Assembly: GCA_051294375.1 (NCBI GenBank)
Contig: CM119263.1
Coordinates: forward strand, 5,454,823 to 5,518,822
Length of the DNA stretch: 64,000 bases
Direction: 5' to 3'
From: Paraspadella gotoi
Lineage: Eukaryota; Animalia; Chaetognatha
This document shows, piece by piece, positions 39,021 through 52,285 of this stretch; position 1 is the stretch's first letter, and every line of letters starts with the position of its first letter. The notes under the pieces are model-generated. The model saw only the letters and a program-made list of their open reading frames with translations. It made no database searches and was not told the DNA's origin. The position numbers and the translations under genes were made by a program.

Positions 39021-40217
39021 GCCGATCGTTGGAGGGGACTTTTTCCCGAAAATATATTTCGATCGTAGAGACGTCAATATTACATGCGAACACGTAACAA
39101 TGAAAAAATGAAAATTAACGAGAAAGAAATAAACTGGACCAAAAAAAGGATAAAATTATTTAATAGTTCTTTTTAAAAATTTAAGTTTGACAAAAATAAA
39201 AAAATAAGGCCCTTAACTTAAGTTTTTGGTTTTGATGATGTCAGCATTTACTTTCTTCGCCTTTGATAGAGATGATAATAAATTTACAAGGTAAAGAGGT
39301 TAATGATCACATTTCAACAATAAACATAGGATTCAAGCCATCAAGTATTGACTTCACTGTCTGAGTGAATTTTATTTATAACTTTTGTCTTTGTAAAATA
39401 GCCTTTTATATATTTACTTTAATTGATTGCATTTGCTTGCTTACTTGAAATACTTGAAATACTCGCCTCATTAATCAACAACAAGCATAAAGAATACATA
39501 GATTTTTAGTAATTTATTCTACTACATGAAAAGGGAAGATAATTGTTAATTTTATGATCTGCACTTTTGCTTTTTTTCGCTTTTGAGAGAGAGAGAGAGA
39601 GAGAGANNNNNNNNNNNNNNNNNNNNNNNNNAACACTCTCCTCGCTTCTCCAGATCTCTTTTGTAACGATAAAAAGCGCAAAAAAAAAAACTAAACAAAT
39701 TTCCTCTCTCTCTCTCTCTGTCTCTCTCTCTCTCTCTCTCTCCGTCTCTCTCTCTCTCTCTCTCTCTAATCCTTGTTGTCGTTGTAATGTGTCTTCGTTT
39801 TCGTTTAGTTGTTTGATTTATTCTTTTTTTCGTGTCGATGCAGAAGATTCTGAAGATGAAAAAAAAATATTCCCGAGAAAACAACAAAAAAAAAAATTGA
39901 AAAACAAAAAAAAAAAAGCGAAAAGTTGAAAATTGATAAAGAAGTCAAATATCACCCACTGTTTTTCAGCGTTGTCGAAGAGAGAGAGAGAGGGAGAGAG
40001 AGGAGAGAGAGAGAGCGAGGCTTTGGCTGCCAACCGACCGACATCTGATCTCGGTTTTACTTTTTGTTCAACCGTTTTGCACTTGGGCTTGTGAGCGAAA
40101 GATGGAAGGAGACGAGAGAGAAAGACCAGCAGCAGAGGAGGAGGAGGAGGAGGAGGAGGAGGAGGAGAAGAATTAAGAAAGAATAAGAAATCGGTTGTCG
40201 GGTAAACGGAAACCGTC

Positions 40218-40279
<62 letters not shown>

Positions 40280-40809
40280 ACTCTCTCTCTTCTGATAAAA
40301 TGTGTAAGATATCCTCCTCTATTTTCTTCTTTTTCTTTCTCTCGAGACATCGAGGGAGAGAGGAGAGAGAAGAGAGAGAGGGCGAGAGCCCAAGACGCTG
40401 CCAATCACCGCATGGTGTCCCGGTTCCCGAAATCGAGTCAGGAAGAATCCCTTCACCGACACTTAGTCTTTTTTCTTTAATTTGTTTCTTATTAGTTCTG
40501 TTTTTTTCTATTTTATTTTATTTGTTCAATAATTTGTTCGTTTTTTATATTTCCTTTTTTAATTTATTTTGTTATTTTTTTATTTATTTTACTTTATTTT
40601 TTTTTTTCCATCTTTACTGAATATCTTTTTAAAATTTTAATAATAAGATTTATTTTATTATTTTTTCTGTATTTTTTAAAACTTTGTCGATAAAATCTTT
40701 AATTGTTAAACTCCAAAGAAGGTGTATCTTATTTGAAAACAACTAGTACACAAAACAAAAGGCCACGATCAATGAAATTAAAAGGAAAATCGGTAAACAC
40801 ATTCCTCTC

Positions 40810-40882
<73 letters not shown>

Positions 40883-40947
40883 TTTTTGTTAACCAATTTG
40901 AAAACAGGAGGAGGACTGACGCTAAGAGCAACGTGCCTGAGAGAGAG

Positions 40948-40980
<33 letters not shown>

Positions 40981-41620
40981 CACTGACGACGCCGAGGCGG
41001 CTGACGCGGATTTTCCGTCCAAGATTCCCGACCCTTCATCATCATCATCATCATCATCATCGTCATCATCATTCAATCATTTTCATTGGTACCTTTCAAA
41101 CATCATTGGTGATCCTTTATCCTTAGCATCATCATCATCATCCTTGTTAAGATCATAATTTTCATTTTGTAGTATATAGTAATGTAGTCATAGTAATGAC
41201 TAATAAGTAATTAGTAATGAGTAATAAATACAGCCAGCGATTGACAAATTGAATTTTATTGTGTTTCTGAATACTACAAAAATACAGAATTTTAAAAAAG
41301 ATAAATTGCATTAAATTAAGATAATTTAAAATTAAAATTTTGATCTTAAATATATTAAAGATGAATATAGCTTTAAATATACACTAAAAGATAAAATGTA
41401 TAAAAGTCTATTCTTAAAATAATTCAAATATATCTTCCAATTTAAAAGTTTAGTTTATGAATAAACAGCTGTATCAATAAATGTTTTTTGATAGTACCAA
41501 TTTATAAAAAACCACTAAATAAATGGAAACGGTGATCGTGTGTCACCAATTCTATTATCTATCTTGCAGCGTCAAGCTGGCAAGCTAGCATCGACGGAGA
41601 GAACGAGGGAAAAAGAGAGA

Positions 41621-41687
<67 letters not shown>

Positions 41688-41728
41688 AAAGAGCAGCGGG
41701 CGAAACAGCGCAGCTCAGCGCGGAGATC

Positions 41729-41772
<44 letters not shown>

Positions 41773-41854
41773 CGATAACACATTGTAATTGAACGGAATA
41801 TGTTTTGTCATTTCCATGAAATTAAGCGTCGGACGTCGAAAGAAAAGGATCTAA

Positions 41855-41905
<51 letters not shown>

Positions 41906-41992
41906 AGGAGAGAGAGAGGAAAGAAAATGGAGGGAGGTATAGAGAGAGAGGCATGGCTGCGATTTTTGTCCGAAATCAAAATATCTGACGCG

Positions 41993-42052
<60 letters not shown>

Positions 42053-42633
42053 GAGAAAATGCCGATCGTTGAGGGGGACTTTTTCCCGAAAATATATTTC
42101 GATCGTAGAGACGTCAATATTACATGCGAACACGTAAAATGAAAAAATGAAAATTAACGAGAAAGAAATAAACTGGACCAAAAAAAGGATTTAAATATTA
42201 AATAGTCTTCTTTTAAAAATTTAATAGTTTGACAAAAATAAAAAAATAAGGCCTTAACTTAAGTTTTTGGTTTTGATGATGTCAGCATTTACTTTCTTCG
42301 CCTTTGATAGAGATGATAATAAATTTACAAGGTAAAGAGGGTTAATGATCACATTTCAACAATAAACATAGGATTCAAGCCATCAAGTATTGACTTCACT
42401 GTCTGAGTGAATTTTATTTATAACTTTTGTCTTTGTAAAATAGCCTTTATATTATTTACTTTAATTGATTGCATTTGCTTGCTTACTGAAATACTTGAAA
42501 TACTCGCCTCATTAATCAACAACAAGCATAAAGAATACATAGATTTTTAGTAATTTATTCTACTACATGAAAAGGGAAGATAATTGTTAATTTTATGATC
42601 TGCACTTTTGCTTTTTTTCGCTTTTAGGAGAGA

Positions 42634-42670
<37 letters not shown>
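36600..42670. repeat. ~3 kb tandem duplication (36600-39606 vs 39632-42670) around an N gap, probable assembly artefact
   Basis: Colinear copies differ mostly by small indels and microsatellite length, and the junction is the N run 39607-39631. Confidence 0.85.
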
Positions 42671-42674
<4 letters not shown>

Positions 42675-43490
42675 TAATCGAAACGAGGGATCGAATGACT
42701 ATTAAACGCTTAATAGAGCGCGAGTAGCCTGATTGAATTACTTTAAATTAACTAACGTTAGTGCAGTAATAACGACTTTATAACAAAAATCGTTGATTTC
42801 CTCGTACATTTTGAGCCGAGATTGAAGACTCGGCTCTCGCACTCGCTCCTCTCTCTCTCTCTCCTGGAGAGTCCCACCGTCTCAGCTAATCAGATTCTTT
42901 GTCCAATTCGCTCGCGGGCCGCGACTCCTTTGGACTTTTTCCTACCTCAGACCGACTGCCTCTCGGCGCACTTTCGGTTTTGAGTGTCGAATAAGTGACA
43001 TGTCGCGGAATTATTTGGAATCAATCCATTATAATTATTATATAAAATAAAAATTTTATTTTTTATTAAGTTTTATTCATTTTCAATTAAAATATAAAAA
43101 AATAATAAGATTTTAATTAATAGGTTTTAATTTATTAATTTTAAATAATCTAAACATATTAAAAAATATTAAATTTACAATATTAATCCATAAATAAAAA
43201 AATATAACATAATTAATATTTATTAAAAAAGAGTATCACAATTTTAAAATATCTTTATCATTTTATCAAACAATTTAAAAAATAAAAAAATTTCCCGGTG
43301 TTACTCGCTACGGTTTCCACTCTCAAATGTTGAGAGAGACCTGATGCGTACACAAGATGCAAGAACAGAAAAATTGGAGGTCGCGACTCGCGAAAGAGGA
43401 AGCGTAAATAATTTACTTTTCGAGTTTCTTATTCGTTGAATAAAACGATAGAGTGATATAAAGCATTGTTATAAATTCCTTAAAAATAAT

Positions 43491-43631
43491 ATGAAATTGG
43501 TACAACCAATATAAAAATTATCCATTCATTTAATAAATAAGCTATCTTGCCCCTGACTTTGGACAGACTTTGGTGGTTTAAGGCCTCCATCACTCTTACA
43601 AGATAATGACATAGCAGGTCCCTGCAAGCTT
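43491..43631 (-). mobile_element. Dispersed repeat family R1 copy, reverse orientation
   Basis: Reverse complement of the 3' part (~33865-34002) of the longest R1 copy. Confidence 0.8.
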
Positions 43632-44860
43632 TCTTAATAAAATTGGGTCGTTTTGATCACAAATGGTTTTGTGACTCAAAAGAAAAAAAAGTATTAATAT
43701 GATTATTATTTTATGATTTATATTAGATAAAAAAAAAATCAAAACACAGTAATGGTTCTGGCTTGTACATAGTTCACCCAGCTTAGGCCCCAAGTTATGG
43801 CCGGAAAGATTTTGGCTTCAGGCAAAGATGTCATCTGATCCCGGAGCTTTAAAACTGGCATCGCAGGTGTTCTGCGTTTGTTGATGGAACCAGACGCGTC
43901 TTTTTAAACTATACTTCCATAATTTTTGAAAAAGTTTCATGTTGTACACAAAAATAAACTAATTATTAATTTTACGAGGATATGAAATTGGTACAACAAA
44001 TATAAAAATTAATTTTTTAAGCCTAAAGTTTTATTATTTTTGCTTTGAAAAGCCAAAATTGATTAGAGAAAAAGATTAAATATTAAATATTACGTAAAAT
44101 TTTTCAATTCAAGGAAAACGGATTAACTTTTTAGTACATTTTATACTTTTAAAATGGGGATAGACGAAAATGAAAAAAACACTTGTCATTTGTTTAATTT
44201 TAATTGGTATAAAACCTGGACTGCTACCAACGCTCCCATACAAATAGGTTCAGTTAAAAAAAAGAACACTCTCTAAGCAATCGAAAAAAATTAGAAAGTT
44301 AAATAAATACTTAAATTTATATTAAGGTTTATTTTGTTGCTGATGTATGCTACTGTATCAATCTTAATATGTTGTTAATATCGTTTAATGAACGGAACAA
44401 CATGTGTGAAAGGAATACCTTAGCTATCGAGATTACTATCTTGCAACTCTTGTTTTGAGAACGAATGTTCGACAACGAAAAACAATTTATTCTTAAAGAT
44501 TCAGTACAAAAACAGTCGTAACAGTTTTGAGCTGGAATGATTGCACATAACAGTTGGGGAAACAAAAGGAAAAACACACTGGACGATAAAAGGAGATATG
44601 ATTCTGATTCCGTTGACAGAAATCAAGACAGCAATAATCAAATTGCTCTTACTCAATAACAAGCCTTTGATATGAAAATAAACGTCTGGAAAGACACTTT
44701 GGGAGAAAGAAGAAGAGGTTAGGCAAACTCTACCAAAGTAAGGCACTCACTTCTGGTCGCAAGAGATAAGTTACTGATTAAACGCGTTCGGGTAAGAGTT
44801 TTCACCAATGAGGTAATTGAGGTTGTAAAAAGGGTTTGAGTTGAAGATGAAAAGGAAAGG

Positions 44861-46936
44861 TCAAACACTGAGCAACTCGTAGTAAGGGGACTCCACCAAT
44901 TCGAACATCGACGTCAGCAGTCGCACGTTCCACGCCGTCTTCGCCGAACGCACCGCCGCGGCAGCAGCAGCAGCCTGTTTGAAGGTAACGATGGCGGCGG
45001 CGGCGGCGGCGGAGGTGGCGGTGGTGGTGGTCGTGCAGTCGAGAAAAGATACGCGGACGTGCAAGACGTCACCGAATTGAGAGAAGAGCGCGTCTAGATA
45101 TTGCGCCAGATTTCGCGCCTGGAATCTGGCGCCTAGGGCCACGCCCCCTACGAAGACGCGTGACGAGGAAGACAGCAAATCCGTCGCCAACGAGAGAGAA
45201 GTGTAGGAGGAGAAAGGGCTGTACGGGAAAAGGAGCGATACGTCCAACGCGTGAGAATCGAGGATGTGATTTTTGGCGCCGAAAATCGCGTGAAAGGCCG
45301 GGAGAGTGGATTGTTGTGTGTAAAGAACTTCACCAACGACTTTGAAGTCGATTGACTTTCTGGGGTCTTCGCTGTCAAAGACTTTGACGAAATCTTGCAG
45401 CATCAATCTGCAATCGTGAATGTCGCCGAACTGCAAAACGAAGTATAAAAGCTAAATAATAATAACTAAAAAAATCAAAACCAAACCCCCGCTACAAATC
45501 AAACCCAAATACCAAACAAAACCTGAGAGAAATAATCGAAAAATTGATCCAACGTAGTCAATTTGTTTATCTGAGTCACTTTGATTTTGCGAGTTGAGCT
45601 AAAGACGTGATTGGGTTCGTAGGATCCATATTTGGGGGGCGAGTCCAGCCCGGAAGGGGCGAGTCCAGCCCGGAAGGGGCACGGTTCATCCTCGAGTGGA
45701 GGGCGGGGAGTCGCTTGTTCGTATGCAAGGGGAGAACGCCTGGGCGGCGGCGGCGGAGGAGGCGGGTAAGGAAGGCCGCTGCCGTTGGCGTCCGACGAGG
45801 TGAGTGAAGACGATTGACGACTCGATGCGCAGGAATGAAGGTGAGGTTTAGGTAAGGGACGTTGGGAGCGTGGTGGAGGGATGGGATGGCGAGATTGTGG
45901 TTGATTGTGCTGAATTTGTGGTTGATTGTGGTTGGATTGTGTTTCATTGTGGTGAATTTGTGGTTGATTGTGGTGAGATTGTGTTTCATTGTGGTAAGAT
46001 TGTGTTTGATTGTGGTGAGATTGTGTTTGATTGATGTGAAAGATTGTTGTTTGATTGTGGTGAGACTGTGTTTGATTGTGGTGAGACTGTGTTTGATTGT
46101 GCTGAATTTGTGGTTGATTGTGGTTGGATCGTTTTTCAGGTGTGGTGACATTGTGTTTTCATTGTGGTGAGATTGTGTTTCATTGTGGTGAGATTGTGTT
46201 TCATTGTGGTGAGATTGTGTTTCATTGTGGTGATTGTAGAATTGTGTTTCGATTGTGGTGAATTTGTGGTTGATTGTGGTTGGATCGTGTTTCATTGTGG
46301 TGAGATTGTGTTTCATTGTGGTGAGATTGTGTTTCATTGTGGTGAGATTTTCTCTGGATTGATTGTCTATGTGGCTGATGGAAAGTAGAAAGGGTTGGCT
46401 GCGTCGGCGACCGGCTGCGTTGCAAATCCGCGCAGCAGGGATGTCGACAACCCGATGGGGACGCTTCATATCCGAGGGATACGTAGCGCGCTTCTTGGGG
46501 TGAGGTCAAGGGCATGTGCGGTCCATGTGCCTTATCAGGAGAAGTGAGGGCTAAGGGTGGTCCGCGAGCCTCACGGGGCGCGATAATGAGGTAAGGCTCA
46601 ACATCGATGCTTCGATCGGAATTGGGGGTGTCCAGACTCACCTCCATCGACGTCGACGACGGTAGACGACGCGGCGGAGTAGGTGGGTCACGCCCAACAC
46701 AGCAGCCGGACTGCGCTGCTTTGCCGGCACGAAAATGGGTGCGGCGCGACCAACTCGAGACGCCAGCGCCGCCCCCCAGTCGACCGATCGACGCCGCGGC
46801 GAAGGGACAAAGAAAAGGCCCCGAAACGCCGGAGCCACGGGCGGGCGGCGGCTGTGGAGACTGCGGAGGTTTCGATAGGTCGGTTTGCAGCAGCAGGGGT
46901 TGAAGGTAAGAGTCTGATTCATAGGCTGAATTCATA
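44861..46936 (-). CDS. Divergent two-RRM RNA-binding protein (Musashi/hnRNP A-D-like layout); exons ~46642-46936 (tentative), 45523-~45830, 44861-45430
   Basis: RKIKVTQINKLTTLDQFFDYFSQ|FGDIHDCRLM...KNHILDSHALDV (RRM1) and RVFVGGV...LFSQFGDVLHVRV...IVTF (RRM2), joined by a phase-0 GT-AG intron at 45431-45522. Confidence 0.7.
45890..46350. repeat. 21-nt minisatellite TTGTGGTGAGATTGTGTTTCA, about 21-22 copies
   Basis: Clear 21-nt periodicity that generates the spurious TTMKHNL / HHNETQS repeat ORFs. Confidence 0.9.
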
Positions 46937-47556
46937 GTTCGAGTTTTTTTTAGTAGGGGGAAAGGAAACTGTTTCGGATTTGGGATAGTTTCAGCAGAGA
47001 AACAGTTATTCACGCGACCTAGGAACGGTTTTGTTTTGGCGGAGAAACAGTAACCTTGTGCAGGAGAAACAGTTGCGTTTCAGCGAATAAACAATTGGAG
47101 AAATAGTTTTTGCTTTGGCCAAGAAACAGTTTTTGTTTTCGTTCAGTTTTGATTAGAGTTTTTTTTTTTTTTTCGATCCTATTTTGTTGCGTTTCCTTTT
47201 TTGTTGATTTAGGTTAAGAAAACAAAACAGCTAACTATGGCTGTTTTGTTGGGCTTCACTGTTTTTGGAACCACCAAAATGAAAATGGGAAGAAAAAACG
47301 ACAAAATGCGGCGAAATGCGGCGAAATGCGGCGAAATGCGAGTTCGTCGTGTTTGTTTTTGAAGCCACGAGGCTGTGATCTAGTCGAGTTTATTCTGTTC
47401 GATTTTGTTTTTTATTTTTTATTTTAACATTAATATATTTAAGCTTGCTTGTTGATTTATTTTGAAACAAAAATTATAAGATAAAGTCTTTACTTTAAGT
47501 CTCTTCGTCCTTTTTCGATTTTTTCTGTGAATGAACGAATTAAAGGAAATAAATGA

Positions 47557-47596
<40 letters not shown>

Positions 47597-47694
47597 AATC
47601 TCACTCGGGTGACAGGTCGAGTTTAAGGCCATTTTCGTTTTCGTGCGGGATACGAACGAGGTTACGTTTGGGCCTGTTCCCAGAGCTAGGGGAA

Positions 47695-47790
<96 letters not shown>

Positions 47791-49100
47791 CCTTTACGCT
47801 GTAGGGTTATTTGGTTACAACTTCCTACTCTGCGAAATGAATCATCGAAAGTCAGATGAAAGTGTAAAAGTCTTTATTAAAATATATTTTATAATATCAT
47901 ACAACGATAAAAGAATAAAATTATATAATAATACTTTATCATGATTTAAATTTTTTTAATTTATAAATTTTTTTGAAATTTTATTATAAAAAAATATTTT
48001 TATTCAATTTTTTATTAATAATTATTGATTAGTTACAAAAATTCTTTTCTTTTTTTTATAAAATATAACATATAATATATTTATATTTTTTATGATAAAC
48101 ACAAGTTATTATAATTACTAATAACTATCTTTAATATAATAATTTATTAATAAATAATTATTATGAATTAATAGCTTTCCCGCCATCGTCTGGATCCGGA
48201 TCAGTTGTCTCGATATCCACAGATGAAGCCGGCGGATCGTGAAACCCTCGAAACGAGGGGGAAGAAGAAAAGAGAAGGAGACTAAGAAGGAGAGAAAAGA
48301 AGAGAAAGAAGGAGAAAGAAAAGAAGAAATAAAGGGAAAAAGAAACAATAAGAGAAATTAAAGAGAAAGAAGGAGAGAAGAAAATTTAACAAGTGAAAGG
48401 AGAAAGGGAAGAAGAAGATGATGATAATGAGAAAAAGAGGATATAAAGAAGAAAAACTTATTTTCTGTTTCTTTTTGTAATTTTTGCAAATACGTACTGC
48501 GAAACTTTCCAAGTCCTAAATGACATTTAACAATCAATGAATTCATTCGAATAATTCATTTGGTAAACCTATTTGGATAAAATATTGCGTTCTTTATATG
48601 TTTCATCTCTCCCTACTAAATTATATAAAGGCTGTTAAACAAACTATTTACTATCTGCACTAACTTATTTTTAATCCTCATATTGAGGCGACTTACCACT
48701 TTCCACTTTCCGCCCAAATTATTTTCTTCTCAACTCATGTCCGCAGTTTGACTGACTGACTAAGAAACTCGAAGCTGATTTACGGGTCCATCTAGCTGAC
48801 CCAACTATCCGACCACCAAAATGAAAAAACCTTCCCCGTTATCAATTCTCATTTTATTTCTTGAGCGTTAGAGAGAAAGAGAGAGAGAGAGAGACCGACC
48901 CATATTTTTGATCTCATTTTGGCTCCACCAGAAAATTCGTTGTCCTGGTCGCAACTTTATCTTTGAAAGACACGAAAAATGATAAAGTATATGAGTTTTG
49001 GTCGAAGGATCTTTGACGCACGAGAGAAAAAGAGCTTCGCTTTTGACAGGATTTTATGGCTGCCGAAATCCACAAAATTAATGAAGCAACAAAGTCGGGC

Positions 49101-49147
<47 letters not shown>

Positions 49148-49749
49148 AAGTCAGTCAACACGTCGATTAATCAGTCTATCTGTCTTTCTACTAGTCTGTA
49201 AGTGTAATTCTTTCAGTTAAGGCTGTCGGCGCCTGTCTTATAGCACTCGATTCTTAGTATTCAGAGTCTTTCTGCCTGAAAGTCAACCAGTGCACTGATT
49301 ATGTCTGTGTAATGTGTTTGCATGTCAGTTTGTTCGTTTGTCTGTGCGTCTATCTTAATGTCGTTCAGCATTAAATAAAAGAGGCGTCAGAAGCCTACAA
49401 TCATGATATTTAAACTAAACCTGACTCTGACATTTCAGAATAAAAACAGTTTTTTTAATAAAAAATATCATGTATACAGCAACTATGTGTATTCTTTAAT
49501 TATAGTCCTACTAAAATCGCGTGATATTCTATGAATAACAAATTAATAAAAAAAACATACGTATGTTATGCTCGATAAACTTTTTGCCTTCGTAAATGAG
49601 CTTCACAGCGACGACAGTCTTGAGTAACTCCATACTCAATTATTACTCATTCAACTTGTCACGCATTAATCCATTAATATTTTCATTTAACTTGTCAACT
49701 ACTAATTGTTTAATCACTTATTCCATTACTTCCTTCTCGTCGGTCGATT

Positions 49750-50596
49750 CTACTTCGCAGCCCTTAAATGCCCATGATGTCTCTCATGAGCAGATAACAG
49801 GTGCCTAGCAGATTCGTTGCCTGAGAGAGAAAAAAAAAAAAATTTTAATATAATTCTTAAATAGTTCTTTCAGTAATAAAGCTACAATACGACAATGAAT
49901 ATTATTTTGAATACGAATTCCTAAATATAAAACGTTAAAAAAAAATCTAAAACCTATCAAAACTGCACCAGTATGCAAATGAAATTATTAACTTGTTGAG
50001 AAACTTAAAAAGGCTCACCTTGCAATGAAGGTGGAACGCCTGTCGTGTCAGCGATTTTTCTTATCTTTTCTTGTTCTTCTTCTTGCGCCTTTTGTTCTTC
50101 CCGACTTTGATTCTTGAGTACGAGATCAGAACGGACATCTTCGAAAATCTTGGGGGGAAAAATAAAAGACGTGAGAGAAAATCGCATTTTCTCGAAATTG
50201 AAAATATTTTTTTATCTCAAGATTTTTTTTATTGAATTAAACCCTTTAACGATATTATTTTCTTATGTATTGTGTTTCCTAAATCCATAAGTTTTTTTTT
50301 TTTAGGAAATTCCCTCAACCTTTCTCACCTCGTTTTCCATTCTCTGACGACAGAAATAAACAAATCCGATTATTCCGCACGTCATTAACAAAACGATGAC
50401 CACAACTATAACTGTAACTAATCATTTAATGTGAAAATAGTTTTAAGATTGTTTTAATCATTTAATTTATTCATTCTTTACCTACGATGAGCTCGAAAGA
50501 TAATTTCTTCGTTTCTTTTCCTTTGTCTTTGTCTTTGCTTGACTGAGCGAAAGTCGAGACAATCAGACACAAACAAATAAAAAACAAAACTTTCAT
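49750..50596 (-). CDS. Small orphan type I membrane protein, 132 aa (exons 50482-50596, 50329-50411, 50019-50148, 49750-49820)
   Basis: Four GT-AG exons in phase: signal peptide MKVLFFICLCLIVSTFA, short Lys-rich ectodomain, TM IVVIVVVIVLLMTCGIIGFVYFC, charged cytoplasmic tail. Confidence 0.7.
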
Positions 50597-52285
50597 TGTT
50601 TATTATAATTTAAAATGAAAAACATCAACGAAAGACGAACGCTTTTTGAATCGTTGTTGTTCTGGCGTCAGTTTAGAGGAATTTTCGTGGAGGAATCTTA
50701 AGCAGAAAGAGGAAAGAAAAGAAAGAAAGAAGGTAGAAAAAGGAAAGAAAGAAAGGAAAGAAAAAAGAAAGAAAGTTGTCGTGTTCGTCGTCGGGAGAAT
50801 TCGTGGGAGGAAGACAAGAGTGGGAGAAAGATGGGGAGGAAGAGAGGGAGGAAGGGAATAGGAAGAGGGGAAGGAGGAGGGAGGAAAAGAGGGAGAATGG
50901 GAGGACGGTAAGAGGAGGAAGGGGAGTAGGAGAGAAAGATATAGACTATAGAGAAAAAGGTCTGAGAAGTGGTGGCGGAATGAAAGAAAAGAAAAAAAAG
51001 GCAAAAAAAATGAAGAGGGCAACAAATTTGGGGCTGAACTTCCTTTTAAAATAATCAAAGAACAAAAATGTAACTAAAGATATGAGATCAAATTAAGCAT
51101 TGAAAGAAAAAAGAAAAACTGAAATTGAAAATTGAAAGATATTTATTTCTTTGTCATAAATTTGTACTCCTAATTTTTCTTTGTTTTGTTTCAAGAATTA
51201 GGATTTTAAGATGCGATTTTCAATTTAGCGGAACCGTGGTTGACCTCAAAAGATAATTAAAAAACTCAAGAAGAAAATTTAAAAAAATGGCAATAAAGAA
51301 AAATTTTCTTAGTAGTTGAATTTGTTCCCTCGATTCTTTTAATAAAGTTTAACTAAAAAAAAACACCTTTTCTGGTAAATATAGTATTTGCGTTGTTACC
51401 CTCATTTTCATTGTTGTAACAATCATTCAACTTTGTTTTCTTTGTTCTCACACTCGGTCGTCCTTATTATCACCGTTCTATCACTCGACCAATTTATCAT
51501 TACTCATTCTTCATTCACAAAATCTTTTAGCTCGGTTTATTAGTGACGCTGCGACCCAACCTTTCTTTCACTGCCCTACCTTTATGACAACCCCTTATTA
51601 TTTCTGTTTCACCGAAAATTTTATTCTTATTTGTCTTTAAAATTTTTCATATTTTTTAACCATTTTCTTTAACGTATTTTTCATATTTTTAATATTTTAC
51701 AGTCTACTTGAAAAACTCCAACTTATCGCGAAAGAAACCTTTTAATCGGATAAAATCTTTCGATTTATCGCGAAAGATCGAACTTCGTCATCTGCTTTAT
51801 TAGTTTGCTTTGCTTTTTTTCCCCCGTCTGCTTTATTTGCATATAATAGTTTTCCTTCCACAACTTGATAAAAGACAAAGTCTCTCTGACCCATTCTATC
51901 TCGGCTCCAAAATGAAAAAAAAGAAAGAAAAGAAATGCGGATCTTTTTTTTTAAGCTTCAGTGCGAAAAAACAAAAAATTTAAGCTTGAGTGACAACAGT
52001 ACTATTGCACTAACGAATAAATGAATCTTGTTTTAACGTCTTCCCCTTTATTTATACATAAAAATGTAAATTTCATTACATTCTACAATTTCCAATAGGT
52101 GAAAAAAAAAATCCTATGAACCAAATGGACCAACGAACATGATTGTTATTGGTTGTGCAACAAGATTTTTATTATCATTATAAGAGTAATGTTAATGATG
52201 ACACACTAAATATAATTGCTGTTAAATTTAAAGAACTCGACCTCCTTTTCTGTACCATCCGACACAAGATTCCCTGGAACTGAAA

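Noticed and set aside
45576-46469. 297-aa ORF with TTMKHNL repeats
   Set aside because: Translation of a 21-nt minisatellite; the RRM gene uses another frame at its 3' end.
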